From Macrostomum lignano (Eukaryota): DNA of 64,000 nucleotides. The notes below the pieces were generated by a model. The model was not told the origin of the DNA. It made no database searches and worked only from the letters and a program-made list of their open reading frames with translations. Where the stretch lies: assembly GCA_002269645.1 (NCBI GenBank), contig NIVC01000769.1, positions 248,882-312,881 on the forward strand. Reading direction: 5' to 3'. Position numbers and translations under genes: made by a program. Shown piece by piece: positions 58,197 through 64,000 of the stretch. Each line of letters starts with the position of its first letter. Position 1 is the stretch's first letter.

Positions 58197-61100
58197 TCAG
58201 CGCTTGCCGCGACGCGACCCGCAACAGACGCCGCCGGTGGAGACTTTCGAAGACTCCGATTTCAGCGACGGGTCAGACGAGTCGGGCCAAGCCGCGGACG
58301 GCGAAGGCGGTGGCGGCGCCAAATTCTCGCGCAGAGTTGACCATGGCTGGGCTGGCCGGGCCACAAACTGGCTCACAATGATGCGGCCGAGCAGCAGGCG
58401 GAGCGCGCCGCAGTCGCTAACTCAGGCCGAGTCCAATTGTCAAGCAGCCAGCGCGCTCGCGCGTCCCAATCATATTCAGCAGGCCGCTCATCCTTCCTAA
58501 CCGAAGCAGTGGACACCGAGTCAGCATCGGTGGAGGCGTCGTTGCTCGCGTGAACCTCTCGAATCTTGCCTTCCAAATATCGCATTGCTCGCTCCATCTG
58601 GGACTCCAGCTGAGCCCAGTCTACGGAGGTGGCTCCACGAAACTGACTAAACACAATGCGACCAAGTAGCGGCTTTGGTCGGCGTCGCTAAGCGCGCTTA
58701 TATGTGGAAACATTGGCGCCTTTCACTGAGGAAGTTTTAGAGCCAGATGCAGCACCAGCTTTATTGGCTCCTGCAGCCGCTTCATCAGCACCAGCACCAG
58801 TTTTTTCAACAACAGCTTTTTACGTCACCTGAACCAGAGTCATCTGCATCGGCACAGCTTCATCGAATTTTCAGAGTCTGCAAACCATATTGGCCAGCAC
58901 TTTGTTGATTCTCGAGAACGCTCTGAAGTTTATCACTGTTTACTCGTATTTTTTTAGGGATGGGAAAACGCTGTTGGACTCGAAGCCACGATTCGCCATC
59001 GAAATCCGACAAATTGCGAATGCTTCGATAGGGAGAAATTGCACGGTCGACAGATCGCTCCTCCATCTCTTTGAAGACAAGCGCTCAACAGAAGCTGGGC
59101 GTTCAAAAACTGACACAGAGCAAAAAAGAGCCAGTGGAAATAAAGTAGACTCATCAGACGAACCGCGCCAAAAAGCTCGACGAGAAATACTCATGCTTCG
59201 ATCAGCCGAATATCCATCCTCTTGCACATCCAAGCAAAGCTGACTAAACGAAACACTGCTGCTACCATCGAAAAATTCTGATGATTCGAAACCATCAGAT
59301 AAAACGTCCACCTCCGGGTTACAAATAACATCAAGGAGAAAGCGTAACTCGTTGACAACATCCAAAAACGAACTGTCATCCTAGAAGCTGCAAAAATATT
59401 CCTTTCCTTAAGACACCCTGCCTCATCGAGCAAGTCCAGCTGGTGTCGCACGTCTTCGTCTACTTGCTTGTCGGCCTGATCTATTTCGACGAACTTGAGT
59501 TGATCCTCTTTGAATCGGCGCTCCGCTCTTGCAATGTCGCGGCGAGCGCGCTCATCGCGACGTCGTCGTTCGCGGCGACGGTGGCTCACGAGCTCTTCTA
59601 GACGCATGGCTTCTCGCTCTCGCTCCCGCTCTGGCGCCTTCAACTTGTCTTCTTTGCGCATTGGAGGCAGATCCTCTTCGATCTCGCTGGCTTCGCGATC
59701 TTCTAATACTTTGTCATCGAACAGGTCTATCTGGCGTCGCACGTCTTCGTCTACTTGCTTGTCGGCCTGAACAATCTCGTCTACCTCGAATTCATCGTCT
59801 TCGAATCGGCGCTCCGCTCTTGCAATGTCGCGGCGAGCGCGCTCATCGCGACGTCGTCGTTCGCGGCGACGGTGGCTCACGAGCTCTTCTAGACGCGCGG
59901 CTTCTCGCTCTCGCTCCCGCTCTGGCGCCTTCAACTCGTCTTCTTTGCGCATTGGAGGCAGATCCTCTTCGATCTCGCTGGCTCGCGATCTTCTAATACT
60001 TTGTCATCGAACAGGTCTATCTGGCGTCGCACGTCTTCGTCTACAGTACGCTTGTCGGCCTGAATCGATCTGTCGACCTGAATTGATCGTCTTCGAATCG
60101 GCGCTCGCCCTTGCAATGTCGCGGCGAGCGCGCTCATCGCGACGTCGTCGTTCGCGGCGACGGTGGCTCCCGAGCTCTTCTTGACGCGCGGCTTCTCGCT
60201 CTCGCTCCCGCTCTGGCGCCTTCAACTCGTCTTCTTTGCGCATTGGAGGCAGATCCTCTTCGATCTCGCTGGCTCGCGATCTTCTAATACTTTGTCGTCG
60301 AACAGGTCTATCTGGTGTCGCACGTCCTCGTCTACCAGTACTTCTTCGTCGGCCTGAACAATCTCGTCGACCTTGAATTGATCGTCTTCGAATCGGCGCT
60401 CCGCTCTTGCAATGTCGCGGCGAGCGCGCTCATCGCGACGTCGTCGTTCGCGGCGACGGTGGCTCACGAGCTCTTCTTGACGCGCGGCTTCTCGCTCTCG
60501 CTCCCGCTCTGGCGCCTTCAACTCGTCTTCTTTGCGCATTGGAGGCAGATCCTCTTCGATCTCGCTGGCTTCGCGATCTTCTAATACTTTGTCATCGAAC
60601 AGGTCTATCTGGCGTCGCACGTCTTCGTCTACTTGCTTGTCGGCCTGAACAATCTCGTCTACCTCGAATTCATCGTCTTCGAATCGGCGCTCCGCTCTTG
60701 CAATGTCGCGGCGAGCGCGCTCATCGCGACGTCGTCGTTCGCGGCGACGGTGGCTCACGAGCTCTTCTTGACGCGCGGCTTCTCGCTCTCGCCCGCTCTG
60801 GCGCCTTCAACTCGTCTTCTTTGCGCATTGGAGGCAGCTCCTCTTTGATCTCGCTGGCCTCGCGATCTTCTAATACTTTGTCGTCGAACAGGTCTATCTG
60901 GTGTCGCACGTCCTCGTCTACCAGTACGTCTTCGTCGGCCTGATCGATCTGATCGACCTTGAATTGATCCTGTTTGAATCGGCGCTTCGCCCTTGCAATG
61001 TCGCGGCGAGCGCGCTCATCGCGACGTCGTCGTTCGCGGCGACGGTGGCTCACGAGCTCTTCTTGACGCGCGGCTTCTCGCTCTCGCTCCCGCTCTGGCG

Positions 61101-64000
61101 CCTTCAACTCGTCTTCTTTGCGCATTGGAGGCAGATCCTCTTCGATCTCGCTGGCCTCGCGATCTTCTAATACTTTGTCGTCGAACAGGTCTATCTGGTG
61201 TCGCACGTCCTCGTCTATCAGTACTTCTTCGTCGGCCTGAACAATCTCGTCGACCTTGAATTGATCGTCTTCGAATCGGCGCTCCGCTTTTGCAATGTCG
61301 CGGCGAGCGCGCTCATCGCGACGTCGTCGTTCGCGGCGACGGTGGCTCACGAGCTCTTCTTGACGCGCGGCTTCTCGCTCTCGCTCCCGCTCTGGCGCCT
61401 TCAACTCGTCTTCTTTGCGCATTGGAGGCAGATCCTCTTCGATCTCGCTGGCCTCGCGATCTTCTAATACTTTGTCGTCGAACAGGTCTATCTGGTGTCG
61501 CACGTCCTCGTCTACCAGTACGTCTTCGTCGGCCTGATCGATCTGATCGACCTTGAGTTGATCCTCTTTGAATCGTCGCTCCGCTCTTGCAATTTCGCGG
61601 CGAGCGCGCTCATTGCGACGTCGTCGTTCGCGGCGACGGTGGCTCGCAAGCTCTTCTTGACGCGCGGCTTCTCGCTCTCGCTCCCGCTCTGGCGCCTTCA
61701 ACTCGTCTTCTTTGCGCATTGGAGGCAGATCCTCTTCGATCTCGCTGGCCTCGCGCGCTTCTAACTCTACGTCATCGATCAAGTCCAGCTGGTGTCGCAC
61801 GTCTTCGTCTACTTGCTTGTGGCCTGATCATCTGTCGACCTTGAGTTGATCCTCTTGAATCGGCGCTCCGCTCTTGCAATTCGCGGCGAGCGCGCTCATG
61901 CGACGTCGTCGTTCGCGGCGACGGTGGCTCACGAGCTCTTCTTGACGCGCGGCTTCTCGCTCTCGCTCCCGCTCTGGCGCCTTCAACTCGTCTTCTTTGC
62001 GCATTGGAGGCAGATCCTCTTCGATCTCGCTGGCCTCGCGATCTTCTAATACTTTGTCGTCGAACAGGTCTATCTGGTGTCGCACGTCCTCGTCTACCAG
62101 TACTTCTTCGTCGGCCTGAACAATCTCGTCGACCTCGAATTCATCGTCTTGAATCGGCGCTCCGCTTGCAATGTCGCGGCGAGCGCGCTCATCGCGACGT
62201 CGTCGTTCGCGGCGACGGTGGCTCACGAGCTCTTCTTGACGCGCGGCTTCTCGCTCTCGCTCCCGCTCTGGCGCCTTCAACTCGTCTTCTTTGCGCATTG
62301 GAGGCAGATCCTCTTCGATCTCGCTGGCCTCGCGATCTTCTAATACTTTGTCATCGAACAGGTCTATCTGGCGTCGCACGTCTTCGTACTTGCTTGTCGG
62401 CCTGAACAATCTCGTCTACCTTGAATTGATCGTCTTCGAATCGGCCCCGCTCTTGCAATGTCGCGGCGAGCGCGCTCATCGCGACGTCGTCGTTCGCGGC
62501 GACGGTGGCTCACGAGCTCTTCTTGACGCGCGGCTTCTCGCTCTCGCTCCCGCTCTGGCGCCTTCAACTCGTCTTCTTTGCGCATTGGAGGCAGATCCTC
62601 TTCGATCTCGCTGGCTTCGCGATCTTCTAATACTTTGTCATCGAACAGGTCTATCTGGCGTCGCACGTCTTCGTCTACTTGCTTGTCGGCCTGAACAATC
62701 TCGTCTACCTCGAATTCATCGTCTTCGAATCGGCGCTCCGCTCTTGCAATGTCGCGGCGAGCGCGCTCATCGCGACGTCGTCGTTCGCGCGACGGTGGCT
62801 CGAGCTCTTCTTGACGCGCGGCTTCTCGCTCTCGCTCCCGCTCTGGCGCCTTCAACTCGTCTTCTTTGCGCATTGGAGGCAGATCCTCTTCGATCTCGCT
62901 GGCCTCGCGCGCTTCTAACTCTACGTCATCGATCAAGTCCAGCTGGTGTCGCACGTCTTCGTCTACTTGCTTGTTGGCCTGATCCATCTGATCGACCTTG
63001 AGTTGATCCTCTTTGAATCGGCGCTCCGCTCTTGCAATTTCGCGGCGAGCGCGCTCATTGCGACGTCGTCGTTCGCGGCGACGGTGGCTCACGAGCTCTT
63101 CTTGACGCGCGGCTTCTCGCTCTCGCTCCCGCTCTGGCGCCTTCAACTCGTCTTCTTTGCGCATTGGAGGCAGATCCTCTTCGATCTCGCTGGCCTCGCG
63201 ATCTTCTAATACTTTGTCGTCGAACAGGTCTATCTGGTGTCGCACGTCCTCGTCTACCAGTACTTCTTCGTCGGCCTGAACAATCTCGTCGACCTTGAAT
63301 TGATCCTGTTTGAATCGGCGCTCCGCTCTTGCAATGTCGCGGCGAGCGCGCTCATCGCGACGTCGTCGTTCGCGGCGACGGTGGCTCACGAGCTCTTCTT
63401 GACGCGCGGCTTCTCGCTCTCGCTCCGCTCTGGCGCCTTCAACTCGTCTTCTTTGCCCATTGAGGCAGATCCTCCGATCTCGCTGGCTTCGCGATCTTCT
63501 AATACTTTGTCATCGAACAGGTCTATCTGGCGTCGCACGTCTTCGTCTACTTGCTTGTCGGCCTGAACAATCTCGTCTACCTCGAATTCATCGTCTTCGA
63601 ATCGGCGCTCCGCTCTTGCAATGTCGCGGCGAGCGCGCTCATCGCGACGTCGTCGTTCGCGGCGACGGTGGCTCACGAGCTCTTCTAGACGCGCGGCTTC
63701 TCGCTCTCGCTCCCGCTCTGGCGCCTTCAACTCGTCTTCTTTGCGCATTGGAGGCAGATCCTCTTTGATCTCGCTGGCCTCGCGATCTTCTAATACTTTG
63801 TCGTCGAACAGGTCTATCTGGTGTCGCACGTCCTCGTCTACCAGTACTTGCTTCGTCGGCCTGAACATCTCGTCGACCTTGAATTGATCGTCTTCGAATC
63901 GGCGCCCGCCCTTGGCAATGTCGCGGCGAGCGCGCTCATCGCGACGTCGTCGTTCGCGGCGACGGTGGCTCACGAGCTCTTCTTGACGCGCGCTTCTCGC
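58197..64000 (-). CDS. 3' part of a giant unknown protein: about 15 copies of a 97-99 aa E/R/D-rich repeat followed by a unique C-terminal region. Fragmented by one-base indels; 5' end lies outside the window.
   Basis: ORFs 59191-59952, 60222-60758, 60721-61800, 61828-62409, 62364-63389 and 63386-63973 all encode the same repeat. Downstream pieces (58940-59365, 58860-59066, 58373-58647, and a frame ending RRGKR* at 58197) are joinable only with frameshifts or short introns, so the structure is tentative. Confidence 0.6.
59420..64000 (-). repeat. 291/297-bp coding tandem array
   Basis: Period visible from equivalent ORF starts 60901, 61198, 61495 (297 bp apart); 291-bp variant carries ADKQVDEDV. 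Confidence 0.95.

Noticed and set aside
57177-58197. Operon-like polycistron of the repeat giant and RYK
   Set aside because: Same strand and ~1 kb apart, but no direct evidence of SL trans-splicing; the spacer could be an ordinary promoter.
59510-63887. Plus-strand ORFs over the 297-bp array
   Set aside because: Short antisense shadows of the minus-strand repeat ORF.

Overview
Eukaryotic, intron-containing genomic DNA. It is most likely from a free-living flatworm such as Macrostomum lignano; this is inferred from an EF-hand+dynein-light-chain (TAL) gene, GC-rich exons and very dense minisatellites. Genes reconstructed by hand with phase-consistent splice sites: exon 1 of an NPY/RFamide-type GPCR (-), a TAL protein (+, 3 exons), an NK1/Nkx1 homeobox gene (-, 3 exons), a highly divergent CK1-group kinase (-, 3 exons), a giant protein with an FKBP15-C-terminus-like motif and a ~5 kb acidic repeat (+, ~3,200 aa, frameshifted in this assembly), KDM8/JMJD5 (+), a secreted CAP-EGF-ShKT protein (+, 5 exons), PNP (+, 2 exons), RYK/Derailed (-, 11 exons, probable GC-AG intron), and the 3' part of a second giant gene built from a 97-99 aa charge-block repeat (-, runs off the right edge). 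Mobile DNA: a hAT MITE with perfect TIRs and 8-bp TSD, a full-bounded decayed Tc1, a 5'-truncated RTE-type LINE with TSD, and two tRNA-headed SINE families (one CORE-like). About 20 unrelated mini/microsatellites are present, many abutting splice sites. There is no CRISPR array and no intact rRNA or tRNA gene. All homology calls are from recalled family motifs, not database searches.
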